A DNA stretch of 64,000 nt from Paraphysomonas bandaiensis (taxonomy: Eukaryota; Protista; Chrysophyceae): NCBI GenBank assembly GCA_965644295.1, contig CBFFRP010000406.1, positions 186,001 to 250,000 of the forward strand. The letters are read 5' to 3'. Both the position numbers and the translations under genes were made by a program. Shown here one piece after another: positions 11,701-23,785 of this stretch (position 1 is its first letter; each line of letters begins with the position of its first letter). The notes below the pieces were generated by a model, which saw nothing but the letters and a program-made list of their open reading frames with translations, did no database searches and was not told the origin of the DNA.

Positions 11701-13927
11701 CTTAAAGAAACAGCTGCATGAGGTTTCTTCTTTTCGACTGTTATATTCGTTTTTTGTAACTAATTCTCAGGAATTGGAACTTGAAAGGAAGAAAATGGTA
11801 GACATGCTTTCGAATCACAATAGAAAACTAGACGAGACTTTGGGGAGAATATCTCGTAGGTTACCTGATAGCCAAGGGCTAGAGCAACATGACCTGGCGA
11901 TTACTGAGTTAAACAATGTTAAGTTACCAGCGAATATTTGTGAGTGGAGAGCGTCACATGTACAGGCATGGATATCACTGAGAATGGATCTACCTCAGTA
12001 TTTACAACAGTTTCAAGATGCATCTATAGATGGTTTAGTTCTTCTTCGCCATGTGAATGACGAAATTTTGAGTGATACTCTTGGTGTAACGACGACTCTT
12101 CATCGAATGAAAATACTTGAAGGCATAGAGAGTTTAAAAGCGAAGCAGGTTGAGTACGAAAATCGGACAAAGGCGAAGAATAAGACTGATGTGCGACCAT
12201 CGCCCAAAACTCCCCCTAAAAAGAGAAAGGTGGTGAAGAAGAAAAAAAAGAATGTTGCTCAGCATACGTGGTTCGGTGACGTGCGTGAACAGAACGATTT
12301 AGAGCGCGTCAAACTTGAGAGAATAATGCGGGAGAAAAGAGCGGAGGAGCTCAAAGCGAAGAAGAAAACTAAATCTCGAAGTGAAGTGTGGAAGTTTGAA
12401 TACACAGGAGGTGCGAAACCGGTAACTGATGATGAGGAATTATATGGCCCAACCCAATCGTCGAAGACAGGCACTGCGCTATACGAGAGAACAATTTCGA
12501 ATTTGTTACAAACAGTAACAATTTCTTCGAACACCCAAGCCACAATGGGAAAGTATATCGGAGCAATTCGGCAAATTCCCCTAGACAGTGTACTTGATGA
12601 GGTCATTACAATAACGAAGGGTGCTATGTACGATGTATCTGATAGATTGATCGAAATTGAGAGGATTAAGTCCAACAAAGAAGCTATCCTGGATAGTGAT
12701 CTCGAAGGGCTCTCTACCCTGAATTCCGCTAATCCAGTATCTGGGTCTCTTGGCAATTTCGACGGTCATGATGATGATGACCCTCCGCCAACTTATGAAG
12801 AAAGTGATAGCACCGAAGTATTGCCTCAGCACCTGAACCAAACTGAGCACAGCAAGCTCGACCGCGCGGCTCTGATATTTGAATCATTTATAAATCTTCA
12901 AAATAATGATGCTAGGTGGTTGGGAAGCAATGGAAAGTTAACCAGACTTAAGTTTCATGGTGGATTTGAAAGTATATTAAGATTAAAAATATCATGGCCC
13001 CAATTCGATGCGTTGTGGAATAAACTAGATTTCCATCGAACTGGAGAACTGGATATTGAGGAGTTTCGAGAAGTTTTTGGCGATTTTTCTGAGTTTGAGT
13101 CGAAACCATCTGTCAAAAGACTTGGAGGTTCTGCCGATTCTGCTCTTGGAAACCTGGCAGATATAATGTATGATATGTGTAATTCGTTGAGAAGAGCAGG
13201 GTTCACAGTCCTGGAGATGTTTTCGAGTTTTGATAGGAATGGATCCGGAGAAGTTTCTATCCATGAATTTTGCAGTATGGTTCGCGTAATTCTTGGAAGA
13301 CATGTGGATAAGAAACAAATTTTTAGGTCTTTTGCACTGATGGATGTTGATAGCAGCAGATCAATTTCATGCAATGAAATACTGACATTGGTTTATAACG
13401 TGTGGAAGTTTCAAATGAAAGATCTTGCTGCGAAGTTATCACCCTTGGATGAGGTCATGGATGCGCAGTTGATATCGAAAATACTCAAAGAAAGAGATGA
13501 TATAAAAGCTGCTGTCAAGAAAAATTTCCCTCGAGAATGGCGAGATTTACTCGAACGAACGAAGGAATCGTACAACAAGGGACCCTTTTATCATATTTTG
13601 CAAAAAATGAACATTACCTCTACGTCATCTACTCTGGATTGTCAAAATAACACAACTTGTACACAACAATTAGACCAATCTCTGCCTACCACTCCTTCAC
13701 GTCCAAGAAAAGGCCACCCCAGCAAATCGGGTCGAAATGAATTACTACGGTACAAGGTGAATTCTTCAAGGACACACATTCCCACCAGACAAGGTGCAGT
13801 ACTAACAGTCCCTAGTGTGAAATCTTTTGGACAAGGAAATCTTACTTCTGAAGGTGCTGCGTTACGTCGTCTGCAAGACACGGAACCATCTGATGCCAAG
13901 GTCTTTACCTTAACTTCTAATTTGTAG
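2788..13927 (+). CDS. Giant (~3,600 aa) multi-C2-domain protein with coiled coil, SAM domain and EF-hands; about 7 exons
   Basis: ORFs 2749-3837, 3932-10180, 10224-10667, 10721-11125, 11194-11598 and 11627-13927 are joined by short GT-AG introns (frame checked for 3817-3865 and 10169-10214). About 18 C2-like units (DPY/DPF...VWDEN...IG). SAM-like EWRASHVQAWI...FQDASIDGLVLL...LGV...HRMKIL. EF loops DFHRTGELDIEE, DRNGSGEVSIHE and DVDSSRSISCNE. Confidence 0.85.
4985..5250 (+). repeat. Degenerate coding minisatellite (SVPEKTESATQKDK-like units) in linker of C2 protein
   Basis: Recurrent ccagagaaaac(a/t)gaatcggca units with about 21/42-nt periodicity. Confidence 0.75.
5294..8795 (+). repeat. Seven near-identical tandem C2-domain repeats within one exon
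   Basis: Unit gggtt(t/c)acgaaaggtattcttcg...gagtacccaccg starts at about 5294, 5906, 6458, 7010, 7469, 7928 and 8387 (spacings 612, 552, 552, 459, 459, 459). Confidence 0.95.
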
Positions 13928-14510
13928 AATATTTGTGAATTATTTCTATCACTTCGTTATCTGAATGATAGTCTCAGATACTACTTTTGTTAAACTGATG
14001 AAAACTATGACTGGTGGCCTAGTTGTATGAACTTATGGTTTGTCTTACCACACACATTAACCACGATTATAAGAAGTAATATATTGACGTCCAAATCAAT
14101 TAGGTTTATTTTATTACTCTCCTGAATAGTTCTATCATAGGGTGTGTTTGAATACATATCGTTTGCTTGTGCTTGACAATTACTAAAGTGTACTCGAAAT
14201 CTTTGGGTTCGACATTTATAATATGGCGACAGGCGTGGAAAGTGTTTTGAAGTATACAATCAAAGATAAACGTATTATGCTTGCCCTCCTCACTCAGACG
14301 CCCTTTGCCATCATGCCTGTGTGCTTCAGCAATACACATATAGTTCATGTGTCTATACTTACATATATATAAGATATAAGCCACAACCCTTCCTTATCCT
14401 GTTTCATGTAAACGATACCTACATCTGGGCTTCCATTTAGCTAATATTCTCTGTTTCTCCTCATTGTGGAGCTCTCCGGATTCGTCTTGTTGCTACCTAC
14501 AAAGCAGTAT

Positions 14511-14702
14511 TTTACCCTCAACAAAGTCGAACTCGCACCTTTCGTGGTGTTCTGAGGGATAAGTACTAACGCGAACAGATAATTTCTGACCACTCATAGC
14601 CTAATACTTGTGTAGACTTCATTGGGCCTTGACCAATAAACATGCATCCCAGAATGGGCTCACCTCAAGGGCATCCGGGGTATTGGGATGCCTACTGAAG
14701 TA
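14511..14702 (-). repeat. Dispersed repeat family A, copy 1 (unclassified non-autonomous element)
   Basis: Reverse complement is collinear with ~35915-36274 (acttcag.aggca.cccaatac; gctatgagtgg; gtacttatccc.ca.aacaccacga; ttgttgagggta). Confidence 0.75.
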
Positions 14703-16124
14703 AAAATGGTTGTACATTGGTGCTTGCGGTGACGAACAAACTGTTTTTGTAGCGCTAAATAGTAGGATAGCACTAGTTTGTTAAAAATTTGCTACGTGAG
14801 TTCTAATTCTTACATGCCTATTGCTATTAATCAGACATTCACTACAATCAGTATTTTGTTACGTATAACGAACATTATTAAAACTCTAGTTGTGATCGCA
14901 GTGAACGGACCGCCTTCTGGACACTAGTAAATAGAAACTGGTCGTCACATATTAGAACCTGAATGGCAACCATCTTGAGTATCTCAGTAAGAGTTGACAG
15001 CACAGAGACTCATATGTTGTAAACGAGGTGTTGAGAATATATATCTGGGTAATTTCAGGTGTAATATGCTCAGGAGTGTTGACATTCGTAGATTAAACGT
15101 TGGGTATAGACTAAAAGTGTGTCTGAATCAGGCAAACAAATCGATTCATGTCTCGAATCAATTCGCTTCTGCTTCCTTTGAAGTTTCTTCGACTTTTTTG
15201 TCCGCTCTTTAGAATAAGATTTACTCTGTTCAGGAGACATCTTGAAGTGTAAGAATGTGCCGAATTTAATGAAGTTGCCTGTATATCATTTTGCCCGGTG
15301 ATTAGGTCACTGTGAGTGTTGTCTTATACTGTCATGACGTACATCATTAGAGTGGAGTCTAAATAGACTGTTACTTTTTCCGTTCATATCAACCGTGATT
15401 TTTGAGTATGGCTGAAAGTTAAAACCAGAGTATGCTTGAGGATTATGACACACTCCTCTGTAATACATGCTTGAGAAAGATGAGCAAGGTGTAACCAAAA
15501 CGAAATTAAGAGTATAATTATTTATTCATTCTTGTTGAATCTATGTATATTTCCATGGTGTACTTCTGTACTTGCTCTTCGCAACTCTGCCCGGCTGAAT
15601 GCATCACCTTGCTATAGCGTCTCTCAAGCAAACTTTACAATGCAACAGCATCCGCACAGTAAATCTAATATAAATTATTATTGCTGTGGGCTTAAAAATA
15701 AATGAACTTAAACACGACACACTTATTAACGAAGAAATTGTGATACGCATTTCTCATAAGTTATTGCTAGGTACTACAGTGATTGCTTAACTGCAACCAA
15801 TCTATATCTTACAATCTTAAATTAACACTATCTTATACACTCAGTATATTTCAGTTTCCTTCATATAATTCACAGCATTTCCTTAAATTTATGCATACTG
15901 TCTTTTCAAACTGTATTCTACATTCAACGGTTATAATACAAAAGCCTTAAAGTACAGCTATTAATTGCTTACCAATATGCAAACTCAGCAATCCCTCTCA
16001 ATTCAAAGCTTAAATTGACCCTACACACCACGAGACCTAACTGACGAATACGCATCCACCGAAACCCATATAGGACAAACTGTTGGACGTATAGCTCAAT
16101 TAGAAGATTTACTTTTGCAATGTA

Positions 16125-16373
16125 TTACTTGACCCTCTCAAGGTTTCCACTAAATTCCTCGGCCACTGTAATATTACTCAAAAATCCCAACTCTACTTGA
16201 AATTGTCGAAACCGTATAATCTCTTTAGTAGCCTCCACGACAGTAAAATTCTCACTCTCAGTATACGGCAGCGTCACGTTAGCCTGCATGTAGACCGCAA
16301 AATACAACAAGCAGTTTGAGGTCGAGAATTTGGATGCGATGCAAATACAGCACCCTTTAAACGAAGCAACCAC
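16125..16373 (-). pseudogene. Degraded Ty1/copia RNase H relic
   Basis: VTLPYTESENFTVVEATKEIIRFRQFQVELGF resembles the copia RNase H consensus VALSSTEAEY.A..EA.KE..WLR.LL.ELG. No intact flanking ORF. Confidence 0.6.
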
Positions 16374-17030
16374 GTAGCTGCCGTTACGTTACATCCGTCT
16401 TAGGTCTCCACTGAACGCATACACCCCTGCTCTGTGTTGATAGTCTTCTCCCAGCGCCATTTGAAAGAGAATGAGAGGCGCCCGGAGGCTATCATAAGGA
16501 TTGAGTTCACATGAAGTCACCAGGTGTCAGATGCATCGTCATTATGATGATATGGTGCATGGACAGCACACACATTCCACTGAAAGATATCAGTGCAGGA
16601 CTGTGCTGTGCTGTGCTGTATATCTATCCTCATCATGATGCGATCCTCGTATCGGCATCCTTTGTATATTTTTGTTCCAAGATGCCTCTAGTATTGAGAC
16701 AACAATTATCTGTATTCCATCCGTAGTTGTATGTAGGTAATATAGACGTTTTTGCTTCAATATATTTACGAAAAATATGATGCGTGCACATAACGACATC
16801 AACAAGTCCATCAGGAGCAGCAGCATGTAAGTGGGGTTGGACCTCTTTTTTTTTTTTGAGGGGTTCAAAAATCCTCACAGCGGAAGTTAAAGTGCGTGTA
16901 CTAACTTCCACTGCATGTCCTGCTGTGCACTGTGCTGTGCACTGTACCATCAGCTACTGGCATCGTACTGAGAGGTAGCGGGCAAGATCCATTGTCTCAG
17001 TGCTAAGAACAGGCAGGTCACGTTGTGAGC

Positions 17031-18300
17031 ATGGCGTCTATTATTACACGACTCAAGAAATTTGATGTGCACGTCAAAACTGTCGATGGAGTGAACCAAC
17101 AGACTACTGTTGGAGCCCTCATCACTGTGCTATGTGTTATACTGACTGCATCGCTGTTGATATCAGAGACGATGCTGTTTATGTCTCGTGAGAATGTTCA
17201 TCACATGGTTGTTGACCAGGGAAACACTCATGACACTGTTCGGCTTGATGTGGATGTGGAATTTCATTCACTGTCGTGTGAAGGTTAGGAGACGTGTGGT
17301 ATATGCACAGACGCATACACTCAATTGTATTTGCAGACGTTTCGTTTTCTCAAGAAGTTGTTCGTGGAACCGTTCATCATACTGGAGAACCTAACATTAC
17401 TTTTACACCCCTGTCACAAGGTTGCCGTGTTGCGGGTTATATCGTCACAGACAGAATTGGAGGAAACTTTCGATTTCATGTTCGGTCTGATGAGCCGGTG
17501 AATCATGACTTCAGGCCTCCTCTTACACCAAGACAACCGCGAGAATCAGATCCTGATATGAGGTATGGAAGTGGGCGTCTTTGTGTGTCTTCTCATCCCT
17601 CGTGTTGCATGTCTAGCCACACGATAAATAGGATGTCTTTTCTTCCGGTAAAAGAAGAGCGAGTTGATTCATTACAATACGATCATCCTGTTTTTAAACT
17701 TGCGACCAAGTCACCCCTCAGCAACACGCATACGAAGCTGCAGAAAGGTTGGTGGCTTTGAAAACCATCGAGTATCTTATATATAGTAGGTATTGGTATG
17801 TACCACTATGGTCTTCACATTGTTCCCACACACAAGAAAAAGGCTGGAAAGGTTTCGGTTTCTCGACTGGATAAGATATCTATCACGGAACGTGCAGTGA
17901 AGGTACTTTTCTACATACACTCCTTTACCCAATGACTAGAGTATTTGGTTTGGCGTAGATATCGGATATTAATCGTGGTGTATCACTCGGAGGTAGCATG
18001 GTGAAGGATTTCATCGGGGTTATTGTGACCTATGATTTCTATCCGGTCGGTGGTATCATTGCTGTACGTCTTGGCAGTATGCCTGATAAGTTTACCATCG
18101 CAGGTCACTATTCTCATCGATGAGAAAAAAGAAGGCGTTCTAGAGTTCATAACGAGCTTATGTGCTATCCTTGGTGGCGTGATTACGATGATGAGGTGTT
18201 TGCTTTTCATTACTGTACTGTTTACCTAACGTATTTTCTCTAGTTTGCTTAATCGTTGTCTCTACTCTTCTGTGAAAGTCATGATAGGTAAAAAGGATTG
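17031..18300 (+). CDS. ER-Golgi intermediate compartment protein (Erv41/Erv46, ERGIC family), multi-exon
   Basis: RLKKFDVHVK...QQTTVGALIT + TM, then GCRVAGYIVTDRIGGNFRF, SHTINRMSF, YDFYPV, EFITSLCAILGGV (TM). C-terminus IGKKD*. Confidence 0.85.
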
Positions 18301-18450
18301 AATGCCGCAATAGAACAGCGTTGATATTAGATTTTGAAGGCCATTGTGTAATTTATGTATTTTAACTTTAGAAATTCTATTTTTAGTCGCAATACTGTGA
18401 AAATCTGTGAAGCATTCGCTACTTTGACGTCTGAAAAAAAAGTATTTTAG

Positions 18451-18526
18451 CCTCGTCGCACAGCGTAGTTTGGTCTTTTGGTCTACCTTGTCGCACAGCG
18501 TAGTTTGGTCTTTTGGTCTACCTTGT
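18451..18526. repeat. 35-bp tandem duplication
   Basis: cct(c/t)gtcgcacagcgtagtttggtcttttggtcta occurs twice, plus a partial third copy. Confidence 0.9.
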
Positions 18527-19201
18527 GCTTTGGCGCCCTAACACAAGCGGACATAATTCAACTGAAACTCGCACATGACCTTATTTTAATTATGCTACTA
18601 TGCTCAAATAAAATGGAAATTTGTTGGAAAAAGGAAATATTATTCATTCTACTCGAATAGGTTGAATTACTATTTACAGCAGTTTTGGTGTAAAGCTCTA
18701 GTCAGAGTAATAAATAATTCAGCATCTGCATTCACTAATTGATGGTTGATGAACACTACAAACGCATAGTCAACCTAGAACCTAGCCATATAGTAAACTG
18801 AAAATATGATTTTTTTAATGACTATATTTTCAACCTTGACAACATATATTTGTCATTGACAACGAGATTAATATCTACATCCGATATATTACTGTTCGGT
18901 AATATACTTTCATCTAGCGAATAATTTATTTAGTCGGAAATCAAACATGGTTTTCATACAATAATAACTCGAAAAAGGGAAAAGTATATATACGTTTGAA
19001 GTAATACCATAAGAACTGTATTATTTTTGAGAAGGGAAAGATAATAATTGTGTAGTCACTTAGCGTGACTGCTCTATATTCTAGCCATAACAACACTGTA
19101 ACGTCCTCCTGCCTTGAACCATCTCGTGCGTGATTTACTCACCACAGGGTGCTAAGGAATATTACTCTCTAGAATATTCAATGGCGTTACATACACAATA
19201 C

Positions 19202-20850
19202 TCAGCCGCTTTTAATCAAACGACCAGGAGGAATACCATGTACATACTCTAACGTGCTAAAATACTCTGCGACTATGACACCTGTTGTATCCGTTCCGTG
19301 TGACAGTATATGTTTCCCGGTAAAAACAGTGATTCCGTCTCCTTCCTGGGTGCAGTAAAAGTCAGACACGGCTACTCGATACTCTTTTTGCAAATCTATT
19401 AGCTGACCATCCGCTTCTATACAAACGCTCAACACTCGACTGAGTGGCTTTCGCTTGATATCGCAAGTGACTGTGATGCCTGCTGACAAGTGTGGAAAAC
19501 AACCAACAGGGCGCTCTGCGCCAGCTAGCATTTGCTCCAGGGCTAAAACAACCTCTGACCCTTTCATACTTAACAGGGCAGGTTTTCTTGGAAATGGCAT
19601 CTCCTGCTGTATATGAGACCGAAGAATAGGGGTACCACGTAGATACTGCCGGTCTCCACGGATGAAACCACCATTAATTATAGCGAAGTCGCATGGTATT
19701 CCTCTGCTAACGAAGTGCCAGCGCATCGCATCGGCAGTGAGGCAACCAAATGCCGTCTCTGTAGATCGCAACTGCCAGGTAAGAGAAGAGAGACATTCCG
19801 TTGAATCCACTGCGTCACCTCCACCAGTTCCACCCACGATACAGAGTACTTCATCACCACCAGAGCTGCTGTCAACGACACTATACTGCTCAATAATTGC
19901 ATCGATATGGGGATCTCTCTTTAGATTCATGACAGCGGTAGAGAGCAACTGAAACGAATGATTAACTTTCGCTTTACCTGTCTCGTCAGCTTCAATATTG
20001 AGGTCGACAACACCTAAATAATCCAGATTCTGCCCGCACTTGGTTATTAGTGTCTCGTTGTGCATGAGGAGTACAGGGTCGTGGTCATGGCCTCCAATAA
20101 TTAGGTCGATGCCAGACACTCTCTCAGCTACCTCCTTGTCTTTCGCAATAGAGAGGTGTGTAAGTGCAATAACAACATCACATCGCTCAGTTTGACGCAA
20201 AGAGGATGCGCACCGTTGTGAGTGCTCTATCGCATCTTCAAAGACAACGTCATCACCACAGCTGGCTAAGTACGGAGTAGCCTCAGTGCACACGCCGAAT
20301 ACGCCGACTCGAATAATACGGCCTGAGGAGATGAGCTCGAACACATCAGTATCTTTGACTTTATTGAACAGTCGACCGTCAGCATGGCGTACATTACTGC
20401 CAAGCCATTTCGTTGTCGACAACTCTATCAGCTCGGCAGTTCGAGCTTCACCATAATCGAACTCTATGAAATGACAGTACTTGACAATATTTTCTAGAGA
20501 CTAGTAATCCCTTACCATGATTTCCTAGGGTTACATAATCAAACCCCACTTCATCCACGACTTTAACCATCGATTCGCCTCGGTGCTTTGAAGCGAACAG
20601 AGACCCTATAGACATGTGTACATGCACATTATAATAGAAGTACGCATATGCTTAAACAACCTCCTATAAAGTCTCCAGGTAGAACAGTAATTGTTTTCCC
20701 ATCAGATGCTTTATACCTATCGGACATCTCCTTAAAAACAGAAAACATTTCTGGTTTGTAAACGTCATTAGCGCAGAGTATCCGCAGCTTAGCACGAGTC
20801 CTTTGAATAGGAGCATCTCCTCCAGCTTCATTCATATGAATAACTGGCAT
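19202..20850 (-). CDS. Calcineurin-like metallophosphatase / 5'-nucleotidase (UshA/CD73 fold), no signal peptide
   Basis: ILCANDVY, PGDFIGG, TLGNH|EFDYG, IALTH, IIGGHDH, INGGFIRGD and MPF motifs. Two short introns near 20465-20515 and 20608-20660. Confidence 0.88.
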
Positions 20851-21168
20851 TGGAATCCTTATTAATGAACGACAGGATGAGCAGCAGCGCAGCGCAGTGC
20901 AGTGCAGTGAGGTTCATATGCTGACTGAGCTCACTTCGACTTCTCTTCTTGTTTCTCTCTGTCCTGTATTCCACGTATTCCATGTATTCCATCCTCAAAT
21001 CTCCCGGGTTCCTATCTGCTGCTGATGATTCCTATTGTGCAGAATATACTTTTGATGGCTGATAATCGATCGATTCCTCCTTTGGAGATGGTGTTTAATA
21101 GAGGCTTGGAGGTGACAGTTATTACACCACACCTCCGCGATCAGTCCTGCTATTACAATACTCTAAAT

Positions 21169-22997
21169 ATGTTTCCTGGATTCGGCAAAAGTAAGCCGGA
21201 CACCCCAGGGGAGTTGGCTATGAATCTAAGGTAACTGTTGATTGTTTTGGTGCTGTGTATGTGCTCATATGGGTCAACTAGCAAACCACAAGAAACTCCT
21301 AAAGGCTCATCGTCCGGTTCCACCTCAGTTCATGGATTTGATCCGACTGCATTAGAGCGTGCTGCAAAAGCCGCTAAAGATTTGGACAAATCTCATAATG
21401 CGAAAGAAGCTCTGCGACTCATATCTACTCAAGAAACCACTAAACAAAAAGAACATGAAATGGAAAGGGCCAAATTTCAAGCAATGCAACAAGAGCTTGC
21501 TATTAGAAAAGTTCAAGAGGAAGAAGAGGCAGCTGCGAGGACATTGTCGCGGCAAACAGAGCACGACAAGGCCCGTAGCAATTACAAAGATCAGCTGGAG
21601 CGACAACGTATGGCCGAACAAATTGCGAGCCAGAAACGTATGCAAGACGAAGAGCGTCAGAAAGCAGAAGAATCTTTGGCTCGACAGGAGGCAATCAGAA
21701 GAAAGACCCTGGAATATGAGGCTGAGTTGCGTCAACAGGTTGCATGGATACTGTGTTTAAATAGTTTTAAAGCTGACGTAATATGTAGACGGAGATGGCA
21801 AGAGTCAAGGCCGAGACTGAGGGCCGTATTAGACAAGAGCGCTCAAATCATGATCTGACAATAGAAAAGAAAATAGTGGAGGCGAAAGAGTATCGTGATA
21901 CGGTCTTGCAAGGTATATCTCTTGCTGGTTCTACTATCGGCAAGGGCGTACAGGATTTCCTCACTGACAAGGACAAGCTCATTAACACTACTGTCACACT
22001 TACCGGTGTCGCTTTTGGCCTCTATGCGGCGCGTGTGTCAACGGGGGTTGTTGGGCGATATGTCGAGGCTCGACTTGGTAAGCCATCCCTCGTTCGAGAG
22101 ACCACCAAGAAGAGTGTGTTTCAGATGGCAAAGTCTCCGATCTCCTCCTTCCGCCTCGCATTTGGGTCAGCAGCGGGAGAGAATGCCCTGAAGAATGTAG
22201 TCCTAGAGTCTAGGCTGGATCAGCGCCTGCGTCGTGTAGCTACTAGCACTGCAAATACCAAAAAGAATAAGGCTCCATTCCGTCACGTGCTCCTTCATGG
22301 CCCCCCTGGTACTGGTAAGACCATGTTTGCGAAAGGTATGGCAAGGGAGTCTGGTCTGCACTACGCAATCATGACAGGCGGAGATATAGCTCCACTAGGA
22401 AAGGAAGCAGTGACAGAAATACACAAACTTTTTGACTGGGCTAATACGACACAGAAGGGTGTGCTGCTCTTTGTTGACGAGGCCGACGCCTTCTTGCGCA
22501 AGCGCAGCACGGAGCATATCTCAGAAGACGTCCGAAATGCTTTGAATGCTTTCCTGTATCGAACTGGTGAGGCGTCGCACAAGTTTATGGTTGTGTATGC
22601 CTCAAATCAACCCGATCAATTCGACTGGGCCATCAATGACCGCATTGACGAGATGGTTGAGTTCAAGCTTCCTTCTGTGGATGAGCGTCTACGTATGATA
22701 ACCCAATATATGGACCAATATCTACTCCACCCACCTCCGGGATCTAAACAGATAACTGTAACCAGCGTTGACGAAGATATCATCAAGACTGTTGCTGAGC
22801 GCACCGAGGGGTTCTCTGGTCGAGAAATTAGCAAACTCGCAATTGCATGGCAGGCTGCTGCCTATGGAACCGAAAACGCTACACTTGATGCAGATCTGTT
22901 GCTACAAGTTTTGGATGAGAGCATTGAGAGCAAGAAGAAGAAGCAGTTGTGGTTGAGCAAAGAGGAAGTTGCTAATTTAACACAAGACTCTAAATAG
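21169..22997 (+). CDS. ATAD3: ATPase family AAA domain-containing protein 3 (mitochondrial)
   Basis: GFDPTALERAAKAA, coiled coil, YVEARLGKPSLVRET, Walker A GPPGTGKT, Walker B LLFVDEADAFL, ASNQPDQFDWAINDRIDE. Introns 21231-21281 and ~21739-21788. Confidence 0.95.
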
Positions 22998-23369
22998 AGT
23001 GTCTCTCCTCAAGGGATTTTCAAGAGTGCCGAAAACAGTTTACCCTCAGTGGATTTGTGGACACATTCGCCACGGTTGAAGTAATTTGGCGCTGTTGTTT
23101 TGATATTTTAGAGGCTAGGATTTTTTAGAATCGAATTGAGATTTCATGGTTCATGCCGCAGGAAGGATTTGTGGAATGTGTGATGTAGCGTGTGTGAGAG
23201 GTGTGTATAAGTTAAATCGATAGCCTTGCTTTTACGTACTCCCTCGTTGTTGAATGTAATAATCATACTGCGAAATTCGTTGATCGTGCATTATACCTTT
23301 ACTACTTTTACCGTATGTTGCGTGGTGATATATGTCTGTTATACGTCGATCTTAATAGAATATATGGCA

Positions 23370-23662
23370 TAACAGAAGTTGACATTATTTGCTAAGGTTT
23401 ACTATTCTCAACTGATAAGATGAAATTATAAACATTACATGATAAAGAACCTAAGTTGTGTTCGATGTGTTCAACACCATTCATTTACTACTATAGTGTA
23501 CAAACCACACACTCAGTGATCGTATCCTGTATAGTCATCCACTTCTACTTCAGTTTCATACTACACAATATAATGTACTAATTACATATATATCTTTCGA
23601 TCCTTGCATCTCACATAATACTGCACTCAATTGCAAGTATATAGAATCTTCAGGTCTCAACA
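23370..23662 (-). repeat. 3' LTR (293 bp) of copia element
   Basis: On the minus strand it starts TGTTGAGA directly after PPT AGGGGGAG (23663-23670). 23370-23521 matches 28368-28519. Confidence 0.9.
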
Positions 23663-23785
23663 CTCCCCCTCAATTGAGTGTTGTACTATGACGCCTCCCA
23701 GCTATTGAATGCCTGAGATAAAAAATTCTTGACAGTAAAATAGACTCATCTCTAAGTCTAAACCTCTGTCTAAAAAACTCAGTAC

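Noticed and set aside
14106-14600. Small spliced minus-strand gene
   Set aside because: The apparent first exon lies within dispersed repeat A, and there is no recognisable product.
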